Source: Thermoanaerobaculia bacterium
Lineage (GTDB): Bacteria > Acidobacteriota > Thermoanaerobaculia > UBA5066 > Gp7-AA6
NCBI GenBank assembly: GCA_036493875.1
Contig: DASXPB010000028.1
Span: 64,409-128,408 of the forward strand
Direction: 5' to 3'
DNA length: 64,000 nucleotides
The position numbers and the translations under genes were made by a program. Under the pieces are notes generated by a model. The model did no database searches. It was not told where the DNA came from and saw nothing but the letters and a program-made list of their open reading frames with translations. Position 1 is the stretch's first letter. Every line of letters begins with the position of its first letter. Of the stretch, positions 25,308 through 34,936 are shown one piece after another.

Positions 25308-27404
25308 TTGTCCCACGAGAGCGAGTTCCCCACGCGCGACGGAGCGACCGGCCGGTCGAACTCCCGGGAGGCTCCCGTCCGCGTGGGCACGATCCTCGGA
25401 GGACGCTACCGCATCGACATGGTGCTGGGGTTCGGCGGCATGGGCGTCGTCTATCGCGCCCGCGACCTGAAGCTGGATCAGGAGATCGCGCTGAAGCGCA
25501 TCCGGCCCGACCGCGTCTCTCCCGAACGGCGCGAGACGCTGCGCCGCGAGATCATTCTCTCCCGCAAGGTCACCCACGAGAACGTCTGCCGCGTCTACGA
25601 CCTGGTCGAGATCGAGGGCGAGGAGTTCGTCTCGATGGAATTCCTGCCAGGCAAGACGCTCAAGGAGATCGAGGACAAGGAGCGGATGCTGCCGCTCGGC
25701 CGCGGCCTCGCGATCGCCAAGGGCATCTGCGGCGGCCTGGCGGCGGCGCACCGCATCGGGGTCCTCCACCGCGACCTGAAGCCCGAGAACGTGATCGTCG
25801 GCGACGACGGCACGCCCCGGCTGATGGACTTCGGCATCGCCATCGAGTCCAGGCTCTACCACGGCGAGGAGGGCGACACCGTTCCCGGCACGCCCCAGTT
25901 CCTGGCCCCGGAGCTCCTCCGCGGCGAGATCCCCAGCCAGAAGACCGACGTCTATGCCATGGGCGTGCTGCTCTTCGAGATGTTCACGGGACGCGTCCCC
26001 TTCGACGACAACGACACGGCCCGGCTCGTGCGGCGCGTCATTTCGGAGACCGCGCCCCGCATCGAGACGCTCCGCCCCGATCTTCCCCCCGAGCTGCGCG
26101 ACATCCTGGAGCGCGCCATCGCGAAGGATCCCGACTCTCGATTTCCCGACGCGACGTCGCTCTCCGACGCCATCTCGGCCTTCGAGGGCCAGGTCCTCGA
26201 CCGAGTGCTGGCGGAGGTCTCGGTCACGCGCGCCAAGATGGTCAAGCTCATGGTCATCCTGGAGGCCAACAAGGCGCTGGCGACGACGTTCGACCACACC
26301 GAGATCCTCCGGATCATCCTGAAGACCGCGACGAGCGAGACCGATGCCGAGCGCGGCACCATCTTCCTGGCCGATCCGAGCACCGGCGAGCTGGTCAGCC
26401 AGATCCTCGAGGGCGGCTCGGTCAGCCCGATCCGTCTGGCCGTCGGGACCGGGATCGTCGGCGCGGTGGCGAAGACCGGCCAGGTCGTCAACATCCCGGA
26501 CGCCTACCTGGATCCGCGCTTCGACAAGCGGACGGACGCGAGCTCCGGCTTCAAGACGGTCTCCGTCCTGGCCGCGCCCATGCGCACGCCGCGCGGCGAC
26601 ATCGTGGGCGTGGTCGAGATCCTGAACAAGCGGCGCCGCGCCTTCACCAAGGAAGACGAGGAGTTCCTGGCCGAGGTCGGGACCCACGCGGCGCTCGCGG
26701 TCGCGAGCGTCCGCGAGCACGAGGCCGAGGTCGCGCGCGCGCGCCGCGAGGGCGCTCACGCCGTGCTCAAGGGCGTCCTGCCCCTCCTGAACCCGACCGC
26801 GTGGCCCGAGACGCCGGGGTTCGAGTCGGCTCCCCTGCGCTGGCGAAGCGAGCAGCCGAACCTCATGATCTACGCGGTGGAGCCTCGTGCCGACCGGCTC
26901 GCCCTCCTGCTCCTCGAGGACCGACGTCCCATCGAGGACGCGATCGCGGGGCTCGTGCGCGCCGCGAACACGGGCCGGCCGCTGCTCGCGACCTCGGCTC
27001 CCTCCGAGGTCGTCGCGCGCATCGCCTCGCAGGAGCCGGGCTGCTCGGTCACGGTGGCCTGCTGGGAAGGCGACCGCGTTCGCCTCGCCGCGCGCGAGAC
27101 CGGAGTGCCTTATCTCCTGCGGTCGGGCCGCGCCGTGCCCTTCGAGATCGCCGACGTCGACGGGGCCCGGGAGGCGACGATCGAGACGGCCAAGGGCGAC
27201 CTCCTCGTACTCTCCTCGATCGGACTCTTCTCGCTCGAGTCGGCCCGGCCCGTCTCGGCGGACCAGGCGATCCTCCGTCTCGCGCGGGCCGCCGAGACCC
27301 AGCCGCTCTCGGCGGCCTTCGCCACGCTGGTCGCGGAGTGGAAGAAGACGGGAGTCGCCCCCGGAGCGCGGGACGTGCTGCTGATCGCGGCGAAGCGGCA
27401 GTAG
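25308..27404 (+). CDS. Ser/Thr protein kinase, GAF domain, degenerate PP2C/SpoIIE-like domain
   Basis: Kinase blocks GGMGVVYRA...ALK, HRDLKPENV, DFG, GTPQFLAPE. GAF block ERGTIFLAD...GIVGAVAKTG...LAAPM...VGVVEILNK. C-terminal GDLLVLSSIGLF resembles the SpoIIE end, but the N-terminal metal-binding Asp motif is not seen. Confidence 0.85.
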   Translation: MSHESEFPTRDGATGRSNSREAPVRVGTILGGRYRIDMVLGFGGMGVVYRARDLKLDQEIALKRIRPDRVSPERRETLRREIILSRKVTHENVCRVYDLVEIEGEEFVSMEFLPGKTLKEIEDKERMLPLGRGLAIAKGICGGLAAAHRIGVLHRDLKPENVIVGDDGTPRLMDFGIAIESRLYHGEEGDTVPGTPQFLAPELLRGEIPSQKTDVYAMGVLLFEMFTGRVPFDDNDTARLVRRVISETAPRIETLRPDLPPELRDILERAIAKDPDSRFPDATSLSDAISAFEGQVLDRVLAEVSVTRAKMVKLMVILEANKALATTFDHTEILRIILKTATSETDAERGTIFLADPSTGELVSQILEGGSVSPIRLAVGTGIVGAVAKTGQVVNIPDAYLDPRFDKRTDASSGFKTVSVLAAPMRTPRGDIVGVVEILNKRRRAFTKEDEEFLAEVGTHAALAVASVREHEAEVARARREGAHAVLKGVLPLLNPTAWPETPGFESAPLRWRSEQPNLMIYAVEPRADRLALLLLEDRRPIEDAIAGLVRAANTGRPLLATSAPSEVVARIASQEPGCSVTVACWEGDRVRLAARETGVPYLLRSGRAVPFEIADVDGAREATIETAKGDLLVLSSIGLFSLESARPVSADQAILRLARAAETQPLSAAFATLVAEWKKTGVAPGARDVLLIAAKRQ

Positions 27405-27421
27405 CCCTCGGGACGGGACGT

Positions 27422-28033
27422 CTAGAGGTCCAGGCGTCCGGGACTCTCAGCGACGCCATCGTAAATCAACCGGCCTTCCTCCACGCGTGCGAAGCCGGGC
27501 AGCCGGTGGATCCGCGCCTCTCCCTCGGAGATCACGTCGCGCACGTCCCAGCCCCGGACGACGAGCGCGTCCGCGATCAGCGACCGGTGGCATCGCCACG
27601 GAAGGGCCTCGGCGCACATCAGGGACGCATAGGCGGGGGTCCTTGCGGTGCCCCGAACCCCGGGCGGCGTCTCGCGCGCGAGCCGTTCCGCCTCGGCGAG
27701 CCCGGTCGCGAATTCCGGGGTGTCCATGAAGTCCGCGTAGCCCCGGAACGCCTCGACCCTCCAGGCCGTGTGCGGCGAGTCCTCGCGGGGCTGCCGTCTC
27801 CCGCCGAGCCCGGGCAGGCCGACGTAGCCGATGCCCTCCTCCGCCATGCTCTTCGCCAGGCGGGCGGATCCGAAGTGCGGCCAGCGCCGCGAGCCCGGGA
27901 AGCGGCGGACGTCGAGGACGCGGCGGATGCCGTGGGCCCGGAGGAGACCGAGGAAGTCCGCGAGGGGCTTGTTCGAGTGGCCGACCGTGAAGATCGTGGC
28001 GCTCACGGCGGTCACCGTACCGCCGAAGGCCAC
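27422..28033 (-). CDS. DUF488 family protein
   Basis: IFTVGHSN..L..FLGLLRAHGIRRVLDVRRFPGSRRWPHF...YVGLPGLGG blocks. Confidence 0.8.
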   Translation of the reverse strand: MAFGGTVTAVSATIFTVGHSNKPLADFLGLLRAHGIRRVLDVRRFPGSRRWPHFGSARLAKSMAEEGIGYVGLPGLGGRRQPREDSPHTAWRVEAFRGYADFMDTPEFATGLAEAERLARETPPGVRGTARTPAYASLMCAEALPWRCHRSLIADALVVRGWDVRDVISEGEARIHRLPGFARVEEGRLIYDGVAESPGRLDL

Positions 28034-28046
28034 GACGCGAGGAAGC

Positions 28047-29840
28047 CTACGGCAGGACCGCGACCGCCAGGGCGCCGGGCCCTCCGTGCGCGCCCAGCGC
28101 CGGGCCGCACTCGACGATCATGATGTCCGTCTCGGGATAGCGCGCGCGGATCTCGCGGGCCAGCTCCTCGGCCGCGTCCTCGGCGTCGCAGTGCGCGATG
28201 CCGAAGCGGCGCGACGCGCTCGCACGCTCCCCCGCCTCCGCGAAGAGGAGCGCCATCGTCTTGCGACGCGCCGCCGCGTAGCCGCGCGCCTTGGCCGCCG
28301 GCTCCGCCTTTCCCTCGCGGGTGATCGCGAGGATCGGGAGCAGGCCGAGGACGCGGGCGATCCAGCCGCGCAGGGGCGAGACCCGTCCGCCGCGCACGAG
28401 GTGCTTGAGCGTCGGGACCGCCACGAACGTCCGCACGCGCTCCGCGGCGGATCGGGCGATCTCCGCGACCTCGGCCGCGCTCCGGCCGGCCCCCGCCGCC
28501 TCCGCGGCCGCGCGCACGATGAGTCCCAGACCGACCGAGACGTTCCGGCTGTCGACGTGATCGATCTGCGTCTTCGGGACGGGCCTCGCGCCCACGACGG
28601 CGGCCTGGTACGTGCCCGAGAGGCCCGCGGAGAGGTGCACGGAGACGATCGAGCCGGCGTGCTGGGACACGTTCTCGTAGACCTGCGTGAAGTCCGCCGG
28701 CGGCGGCTGCGAGGTCTTCGGCGCGACGTCCGTGACCGAGAACCGCGCGTAGAACTCCGCCGGCGTGATCGTGACCTTGTCCAGGTAGTTCTCGGAGCCG
28801 AAGTAGACGCGCACCGGCACGACGCCGACGCCCAGCTCCTCGAGGAGGGTCGGCGGCAGATCGCACGTCGAGTCCGTGACCACGCCCACGCGCTCCGCGC
28901 GATTCTTGTCGAAGCGGGACTCGTGCTGGGCGCGCATGTCCTCGACCTTCGTCTGCGCCAGGTCGGCGAATCGCGCGGCCGCCTCGAAGAGCCTCTCCGG
29001 CTCGTTGGTGTGGACGTGGAGCCGGACCCGCGAGGCGCCGCCGGCGATGACGATCGAGTCTCCGAGCAGCGCCACCTCGCGACGCAGCCCGTCACGGTCG
29101 ATCGCGTCGCCCTCCAGCAGGACCTCGGTGCAGTAGCGGAACAGAATCGCCTCGGGCGTCCGGTCGAAGACGGCCGCGGCCACCTCCTCCGGCGCGACCG
29201 TTGCCGGGACGAGGCGCGCGGCCTCGCGGAGGTAGCGGACGATCCCCTCGAGCAGGTAGACGAAGCCCTGCGCGCCGGCGTCGACGACGCCCGCCTTCTG
29301 GAGCGCCTTCATCTGCTTCGGCGTGTTCGCGAGCGACGCGCGGGCGGCCTTCAGGGAGTCCGGCACGAGCACGCCGAAGTCCCGAACCGCCCCCGCGCGG
29401 TCCGCGACGTTCCGCGCCCAGTCGCGGATGACCGTCAGGATGGTGCCCTCGACGGGGCGCGCGATCGCGGAATACGCCGACTCGGCGGCGCGGACGACGG
29501 CGGCCCCGAACGCCGCGGTCGAGACGCGCGGGGCGTCGGGCAGGCCCTCGGAGAAGCCGCAGAAGAACTGCGCCAGGATCGCGCCGGAGTTCCCGCGGGC
29601 ATTGCCCACGGCGAGATCGGCGATGCTCTTCGACATCTCGCGGATGTTGCGCTGGCGCGTGCGGCCGATCGCCGCCGCGATCTTCTGGAGCGTCGAGGCG
29701 ACGTTGGTGCCGGTGTCGCCGTCCGGCACCGGGAAGACGTTGATCTTGTTGAGCGCCTCGGCCCGTTCGGCCACGAAGTGCGCACCGGCGATCACCGAGC
29801 GCGAGAGCCGATGACCGTCCAGGTAGGCGATGCCGATCAA
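28047..29840 (-). CDS. DAK2 (FakA-type nucleotide-binding) domain fused to a DegV (FakB-type fatty-acid-binding) domain
   Basis: N-terminus: NVFPVPDGDTGTNV and ARGNSGAILAQF (Dak2). C-terminus: VGVVTDSTCDLPPTLLEELGVGVVPVRVYFGSENYLDKVTITPAEFY and VHLSAGLSGTYQ (DegV). The TTG start 29840 overlaps the upstream stop (TTGA). Confidence 0.85.
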   Translation of the reverse strand: MIGIAYLDGHRLSRSVIAGAHFVAERAEALNKINVFPVPDGDTGTNVASTLQKIAAAIGRTRQRNIREMSKSIADLAVGNARGNSGAILAQFFCGFSEGLPDAPRVSTAAFGAAVVRAAESAYSAIARPVEGTILTVIRDWARNVADRAGAVRDFGVLVPDSLKAARASLANTPKQMKALQKAGVVDAGAQGFVYLLEGIVRYLREAARLVPATVAPEEVAAAVFDRTPEAILFRYCTEVLLEGDAIDRDGLRREVALLGDSIVIAGGASRVRLHVHTNEPERLFEAAARFADLAQTKVEDMRAQHESRFDKNRAERVGVVTDSTCDLPPTLLEELGVGVVPVRVYFGSENYLDKVTITPAEFYARFSVTDVAPKTSQPPPADFTQVYENVSQHAGSIVSVHLSAGLSGTYQAAVVGARPVPKTQIDHVDSRNVSVGLGLIVRAAAEAAGAGRSAAEVAEIARSAAERVRTFVAVPTLKHLVRGGRVSPLRGWIARVLGLLPILAITREGKAEPAAKARGYAAARRKTMALLFAEAGERASASRRFGIAHCDAEDAAEELAREIRARYPETDIMIVECGPALGAHGGPGALAVAVLP

Positions 29841-30166
29841 GGCTTGATGGTGGCGGGAAACCCCTCGGGCGCGCGCTTGGCGTCCCGCGCCGTCCGGTAC
29901 TCCTCCGCGACCGACGGGAGCCGGTCCAGGTAGAAGAGGACGACGCCGCAGCCCATGCAGGCCCAGGGGTACACCTTCTCGACTCCCCAGGAGAAGAGAC
30001 CCGACTTCCAGGGCTTCTTCCAGAAGTACGAGGTGTAACCGGAGGTGTTAGAGCGGGAGCGCAGCATCTCTCCCCCGCAGAGCGGGCATTTCCGCTGGAA
30101 GTCGGCGGCGCTCATGCTCATGGAGTCGGGAGAGGATACCGCAGCCAGCCTGCTCCTGCCCGGCAA
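29837..30166 (-). CDS. small zinc-ribbon protein (CPLCGG...CMGCG), hypothetical
   Basis: 109-aa ORF with two CxxC pairs and an aromatic-rich middle. Its stop is coupled to the Dak2-DegV start. The start may be one of the internal Met codons (MSMS). Confidence 0.5.
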   Translation of the reverse strand: MPGRSRLAAVSSPDSMSMSAADFQRKCPLCGGEMLRSRSNTSGYTSYFWKKPWKSGLFSWGVEKVYPWACMGCGVVLFYLDRLPSVAEEYRTARDAKRAPEGFPATIKP

Positions 30167-30177
30167 GAAGCCGCGCG

Positions 30178-32031
30178 TCAGCGAGCCCCGGGGGTTGCCG
30201 GCGGATGCGCCTTCTCGAGCTCCGTGATTCTTTCGCGCGCCAATTTCGCCAGGTTCGGAGGAACCTCCGGTGCCGCCAGCACCGCGCGGAAGTGCGCGAG
30301 GGCGCCTCTACGGTCGCCCTTCTTGAGGAGAGCCATTCCCTCGTCGTAGTCCTTCCGCGAGCGCCGCCACGACTCCTTGAGGCGCGCGGCCGCGAGCTCG
30401 TCGTCGACCAGTGCGCGGTCCTCCTCCGGGGTGACGCGGGCGAGCTCCTCGAGCTCGGCGACCGCCTCCTCGGTGCGTCCCTTCCGGAGAAGCTCGTGGA
30501 CCTCGTCGAGCGCCGCGTTGCGCGCGAGCCGCTCCGCCCGCGGCGTGGGACGCACGCCCTCCGCCGTCAGCAGTGCGGGGTCGACCGCCGCCCGTCCGCG
30601 CAGCGTCTTCAGATCCCTCGCGAGGTCCTCGCGCGACGGGAGGCGAGCGACCGCCTCCTCGAGGAAGGGAACGCCCTCCGCCGCGGCGGGGCCGACCTCG
30701 GCGAGATAGGTCTGGCCCAGGAGCGCCTTGGCCTCGGGGAAGTCGTCGTTGAGCTCCACGCTCCGGTGCAGATCGGAACGCGCCTCCTCGAGGAGGGCCC
30801 GTGACTTTGCGTCGAGATGACCCGCGTGCTGCGCCGTGCGGAAGAGCTGATGCATCCGCGAGAGGCCGCCGTAGTAGTAGACGCGGAAGTCTTTCGAGCC
30901 TGAGGCACTCGCCCGGGCGACGAGGTCGGCAGCGGTGTCGTAGTCCCTCTGGCGAACGCGAATCCAGATCAGGCTGGCGAGGGCCCCGGCGTGGCCCGGC
31001 CTGGCCGACAGCGTCGCGTTCAGGAAACGCTCCGCGTCGGGGAGGCGATCGTCCCCGCCGTGCGCGAGGAAGTCGCCCAGCCGGGCGACGACGTCTTCCC
31101 AGGGCATCGGCTCGACGTGCACCACGTCGGGCACGGTCAGCTCGGCGAAAGTCAACCGGTTGTAGAAGAAGCGGCTGCTGCGGAGGTAGGCCGCGAGCTC
31201 GGCGAGCAGCGCCGACGTGTCCATCTGAAACGCCTCGCGAAACGCCTCGTCGCGGGGACGTCCATTCTGGATCAGGAGGAGGTAGCGCCCGAGCTGGGGC
31301 GCCCGCTCGGGCTTTCCGCGCATGAGGTAATGGACGAGCGCCCAGGACTCCGCGTAGAAGAGGCCCTGCTTGGACTGCTCGTTGTACTCGGGCGAGTCAT
31401 GGTTCACCGCGAAAAGCTGGTCGAGGGGCATCAGCTTCGTCCCGAGGAGGAAGCGCACGTGATCGTCGATGACGATGCCCGTCCGCGCCTCGTTCTCGGT
31501 CGAGCGGAACGTGCTGTAGAACTCCGCCAGCCCCTCGTCGTACCAGAGCGGCTGCGGCGGGAAGTTCGCGTGCAGGAAGTAGTGCAGGTACTCGTGGTAG
31601 ACCATCGGCCGCGGGTCCGCGTTCCACGCCGCGGTGAACGCGATGAAGTTGCCGTCCGACGACGTCTGGAAGTATCCGTCGATGTTCTTGGGCTTGCCGC
31701 TCTCGCGCGGCAGGTAGGGCTCGAGCGCGGCGCGGTTCTTGAAGACGAGGAGCGAGGTCGGGACGGGCGAGTTCGCCGTCAACGACTTCTTCATCCGGAG
31801 GAGGACCGCGCGGAGACGCTCGAGGTCGAGTCCCGCTTCCTTGATCTTCGAGACGCTCGCGTCGCCGGAGAGCGTGAAGTTGGCGGTGCGGACCTGAACC
31901 CAGGAGTCGTCGCGGCCGGGGAGCGGGATTCCGTTCGGGTCCGGTCCGGGCGACGCGCCGCTCACGGCGGCGCCCCCGACGAGGGCGAACGCGGCGGCCG
32001 CCCGCAGGCGGGCCGCCGTCGCGCGCGTCAA
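30178..32031 (-). CDS. secreted HExxH (MA-clan-like) domain protein with C-terminal TPR repeats
   Basis: Signal-like AAAAFALVGGAAVSGA. MVYHEYLHYFLH (HExxH) followed by WYDEGLAEFYS. TPR-like C-terminus. The only start upstream of the signal peptide is TTG 32031, which overlaps the gcvPB stop (TTGA). Confidence 0.7.
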   Translation of the reverse strand: MTRATAARLRAAAAFALVGGAAVSGASPGPDPNGIPLPGRDDSWVQVRTANFTLSGDASVSKIKEAGLDLERLRAVLLRMKKSLTANSPVPTSLLVFKNRAALEPYLPRESGKPKNIDGYFQTSSDGNFIAFTAAWNADPRPMVYHEYLHYFLHANFPPQPLWYDEGLAEFYSTFRSTENEARTGIVIDDHVRFLLGTKLMPLDQLFAVNHDSPEYNEQSKQGLFYAESWALVHYLMRGKPERAPQLGRYLLLIQNGRPRDEAFREAFQMDTSALLAELAAYLRSSRFFYNRLTFAELTVPDVVHVEPMPWEDVVARLGDFLAHGGDDRLPDAERFLNATLSARPGHAGALASLIWIRVRQRDYDTAADLVARASASGSKDFRVYYYGGLSRMHQLFRTAQHAGHLDAKSRALLEEARSDLHRSVELNDDFPEAKALLGQTYLAEVGPAAAEGVPFLEEAVARLPSREDLARDLKTLRGRAAVDPALLTAEGVRPTPRAERLARNAALDEVHELLRKGRTEEAVAELEELARVTPEEDRALVDDELAAARLKESWRRSRKDYDEGMALLKKGDRRGALAHFRAVLAAPEVPPNLAKLARERITELEKAHPPATPGAR

Positions 32032-33539
32032 GACGCCTCGGGCCTCCAGCGCAGGACCAGGTTTCGCGCCGCGCCCACCTCGTCGACGCGCCGGACCGGC
32101 GTCGTGTGCGGGGCGCCCCGCACGATCTCGGGATCCTCCGCGCACTCCCGCGCGATCTCGCGCATGGCGCGGATGAACGCGTCGAGGCCCGGCTTCCCCT
32201 CGGTCTCCGTGGGCTCGATCATGAGCGCGCCGTGCACGATGAGCGGGAAGCTCACCGTGGGTGGATGGAATCCGTAATCCATCAGCCGCTTCGCGATGTC
32301 CATGTTGGAGACGCCGCTTCCGTTGGCGGCCTGGTTCTTGTCCGAGAAGACGACCTCGTGCAGCGTGGGAGCGCCGTACTTCAGGTGGTAGACCCCCGTC
32401 AGGCCGGCGCGGATGTAGTTCGCGTTCAGGACCGCGTTCTGCGCGACCTCGCCGATGCGGTTGCCGTACGACGCGATGTAGGAAAGCGCGCGCACGAACA
32501 TGCCGAAGTTGCCGAGGAACGTCCGGAGACGGCCGATCGAATCGGGCCGGTCGAAGTCCAGGACGAAGCGTCCGTCGGCGCGCCGCTCCACGGTCGGGCG
32601 CGGCAGGAACGGGACGAGGGACTCCGCCACCGCCACCGGCCCCGACCCCGGGCCGCCGCCGCCGTGCGGGGTCGAGAAGGTCTTGTGGAGGTTCATGTGC
32701 ATGACGTCCACGCCCATGCGCCCCGGCTTCGCGACGCCCACGAACGCGTTGAAGTTGGCGCCGTCGCAGTAGAGGAAGCCGCCCTTGGCGTGGACGATCC
32801 GCGCGACGTCGAGGATGCGGTCCTCGAAGACGCCGAGGGTATTCGGAACCGTCAGCATCAGCGCGGCGACGTCCTCGGTCATCGCCGCCTCCAGCACCGC
32901 GAGGTCCACCGTTCCCTTCGCGCTCGACTTGAGCTCCTTGACCTTGTAGCCCGCGAAGTGCGCGGAGGCCGGATTCGTGCCGTGCGCCGAATCCGGGATC
33001 AGTACCGTCGTCCGCGGCCTTCCCGTCTTCTCGAGGGCCTTGCGGACCATGAGAATCCCGGCGAGCTCCCCCTGGGCGCCGGCCGAGGGCTGGAGCGTGA
33101 CCCGCGGCAGGCCGGTCAGCTCGGCCAGGGCGCGCTCCAGCCGCCACGCGAGCTCCAGGGTTCCCTGCGACGCCTCTTCCGGGGCCAGCGGATGCGCCGC
33201 CGCGAATCCCGGCAGCCGCGCCATCTCCTCGTTGAGGCGCGGGTTGTGCTTCATCGTGCAGGAGCCCAGCGGGTAGAGGGCCTGGTCGATCGAAAAGTTC
33301 AACCGCGAGAGGCGCGTGAAGTGTCGCGCGATCTCGACCTCGGAGACCTGCGTCTCCCCTTCGATCTCCGTGCGGAGGAGGTCCTTCGGGATCGCGACCG
33401 TCTCGGGCACGTCCAGCGGCGGCAGCGAGTAGCCGCGCTTGCCCTGCCCCGAGCGTTCGAAGATCAGCGGCTCGACGCGCGGCTCCGGGTGCAGGCGGTC
33501 CTTGCCGGCGGCCGCGGGCTCGGCGACTTGTGTGCTCAC
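32028..33539 (-). CDS. gcvPB: glycine dehydrogenase (decarboxylating) subunit 2
   Basis: LIFERS..GKRGYSLP...YPLGSCTMKHNP...DSAHGTNPASA...NLHKTFSTPHGGGGPG. The GTG start 33539 overlaps the gcvPA stop (GTGA). Confidence 0.95.
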   Translation of the reverse strand: MSTQVAEPAAAGKDRLHPEPRVEPLIFERSGQGKRGYSLPPLDVPETVAIPKDLLRTEIEGETQVSEVEIARHFTRLSRLNFSIDQALYPLGSCTMKHNPRLNEEMARLPGFAAAHPLAPEEASQGTLELAWRLERALAELTGLPRVTLQPSAGAQGELAGILMVRKALEKTGRPRTTVLIPDSAHGTNPASAHFAGYKVKELKSSAKGTVDLAVLEAAMTEDVAALMLTVPNTLGVFEDRILDVARIVHAKGGFLYCDGANFNAFVGVAKPGRMGVDVMHMNLHKTFSTPHGGGGPGSGPVAVAESLVPFLPRPTVERRADGRFVLDFDRPDSIGRLRTFLGNFGMFVRALSYIASYGNRIGEVAQNAVLNANYIRAGLTGVYHLKYGAPTLHEVVFSDKNQAANGSGVSNMDIAKRLMDYGFHPPTVSFPLIVHGALMIEPTETEGKPGLDAFIRAMREIARECAEDPEIVRGAPHTTPVRRVDEVGAARNLVLRWRPEAS

Positions 33540-34906
33540 GCCCCGGATCCCCCCGTCGCCGCCGCCTCGGCCGCGAGCGCCGCGACGAAGACGTCCATCT
33601 CGGCCCGCGTGTTCAGCTCCGTCGCGGCGACCAGGAACCGGCGCGCGTCTCCCCCGTAGCGCGAGAGCGGGATCCCGCCCAGGATCCTCCTCCGCGCGAG
33701 ACGGTCGAGCAGGCCAGCCGCGTCGCCCGGCCCCTCGGCTTCCACGAGGAACTCGTTGAAGGTCGCGCCCGCGAACGGGATCCGGTATCCCGGGACCTTC
33801 GCGATCTCGCGCTTCAGGTACTCGGCCTTCGCGTGCGATTGCAGGGCGACCTCGCGCAGCCCCTCCTTGCCGAGCAGCGACATGTGGATGTTGGAGGCGA
33901 GCGCCATGAGCCCCTGGTTCGTGCAGATGTTGGAGGTCGCCTTCTCGCGGCGGATGTGCTGCTCGCGGGTCGACAGCGTCAGGCAGAAGGCGCGCCGGCC
34001 CTCGGCGTCGCGCGTCTGGCCCACGAGCCGTCCCGGGATCTGCCGCTGGTGGTCGATCTTGCAGGAGAGGAAGCCGAGGAGGGGGCCGCCGTTGTGCATC
34101 GGAACGCCGAGCGACTGGGCCTCCCCGCACGCGATGTCGGCACCGCCGGCGCCGGGAGGAGAAAGGAGCGCGAGCGAGACCGCCTCCGCGATCACCGCGA
34201 CCGAGAGCGCGCCGGCCTTGCGCGCCGCCTCGGAGCCGATCCGCCAGTCCTCGACCAGACCATGGAAGTTGGGCGACTGCACCGCGACGGCGAACGTGGA
34301 TGCGTCGACGGCCTCGGCGAGCGCGGCGGGATCGGTGACGCCGCCGGGCCCGAGCGGCACCTCCACGATCTCGAGTCCCAGGTTCGCGAAATACGTCCGG
34401 GCGGTCTCCCGATACTCGGGGTGGATTCCGGCGGAGAGGACCGCGCGCTTGCGCCCCTTGACCAGCCGGTCCGCCATCAGCAGGGCCTCGACCAGCGCCG
34501 AGGCGCCCTCGTACAGCGACGCGTTGGCGACCTCGAGGCCGGTCAGCAGACAGATGTGCGTCTGGAACTCGAAGATCGACTGCAGCGTGCCCTGCGAGAC
34601 CTCGGGCTGGTAGGGCGTGTAGGAGGTCAGCCACTCCGCGCGGTAGAGCATCTGGTCCGCGATCGAGGAGACGTAGTGGTTGTAGACGCCGCCGCCCAGG
34701 AAGAAGGCCGTGTCCCGCGCGCTGGCGTTGCGCGCGGACAACCCGCCCAGGAATCGGCGGACCTCGATCTCCGACAGCGGCGCCGGCAGATCGGCCTTCC
34801 CGCGGACCGCCGGCGGGACCGAGGCGAACAGGTCGTCGATCGACGCGACCCCGATCGCGGCGAGCATCTGATCCCGCTCGGAATCCGAGGTGGGAAGGAA
34901 CTTCAC
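33536..34906 (-). CDS. gcvPA: glycine dehydrogenase (decarboxylating) subunit 1
   Basis: MKFLPTSDSERDQMLAAIGV...TSYTPYQPEVSQGTLQ..FEFQT. Full-length, 456 aa. Confidence 0.95.
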   Translation of the reverse strand: MKFLPTSDSERDQMLAAIGVASIDDLFASVPPAVRGKADLPAPLSEIEVRRFLGGLSARNASARDTAFFLGGGVYNHYVSSIADQMLYRAEWLTSYTPYQPEVSQGTLQSIFEFQTHICLLTGLEVANASLYEGASALVEALLMADRLVKGRKRAVLSAGIHPEYRETARTYFANLGLEIVEVPLGPGGVTDPAALAEAVDASTFAVAVQSPNFHGLVEDWRIGSEAARKAGALSVAVIAEAVSLALLSPPGAGGADIACGEAQSLGVPMHNGGPLLGFLSCKIDHQRQIPGRLVGQTRDAEGRRAFCLTLSTREQHIRREKATSNICTNQGLMALASNIHMSLLGKEGLREVALQSHAKAEYLKREIAKVPGYRIPFAGATFNEFLVEAEGPGDAAGLLDRLARRRILGGIPLSRYGGDARRFLVAATELNTRAEMDVFVAALAAEAAATGGSGA

Positions 34907-34936
34907 GTCCTCCTCACCCTCTCCCTTCCGTTTTCC

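Noticed and set aside
32028-34634. 5' extensions of ORF-track models. Examples: 260..1504, 3697..5376, 9669..11318, 30178..33147, 32028..34634, 34937..36364, 49776..52136, 52296..54686, 54376..58542
   Set aside because: The extended parts run through the upstream gene in another frame. Homology, signal peptides and RBS begin at internal ATG/GTG/TTG codons, usually at an NTGA overlap.
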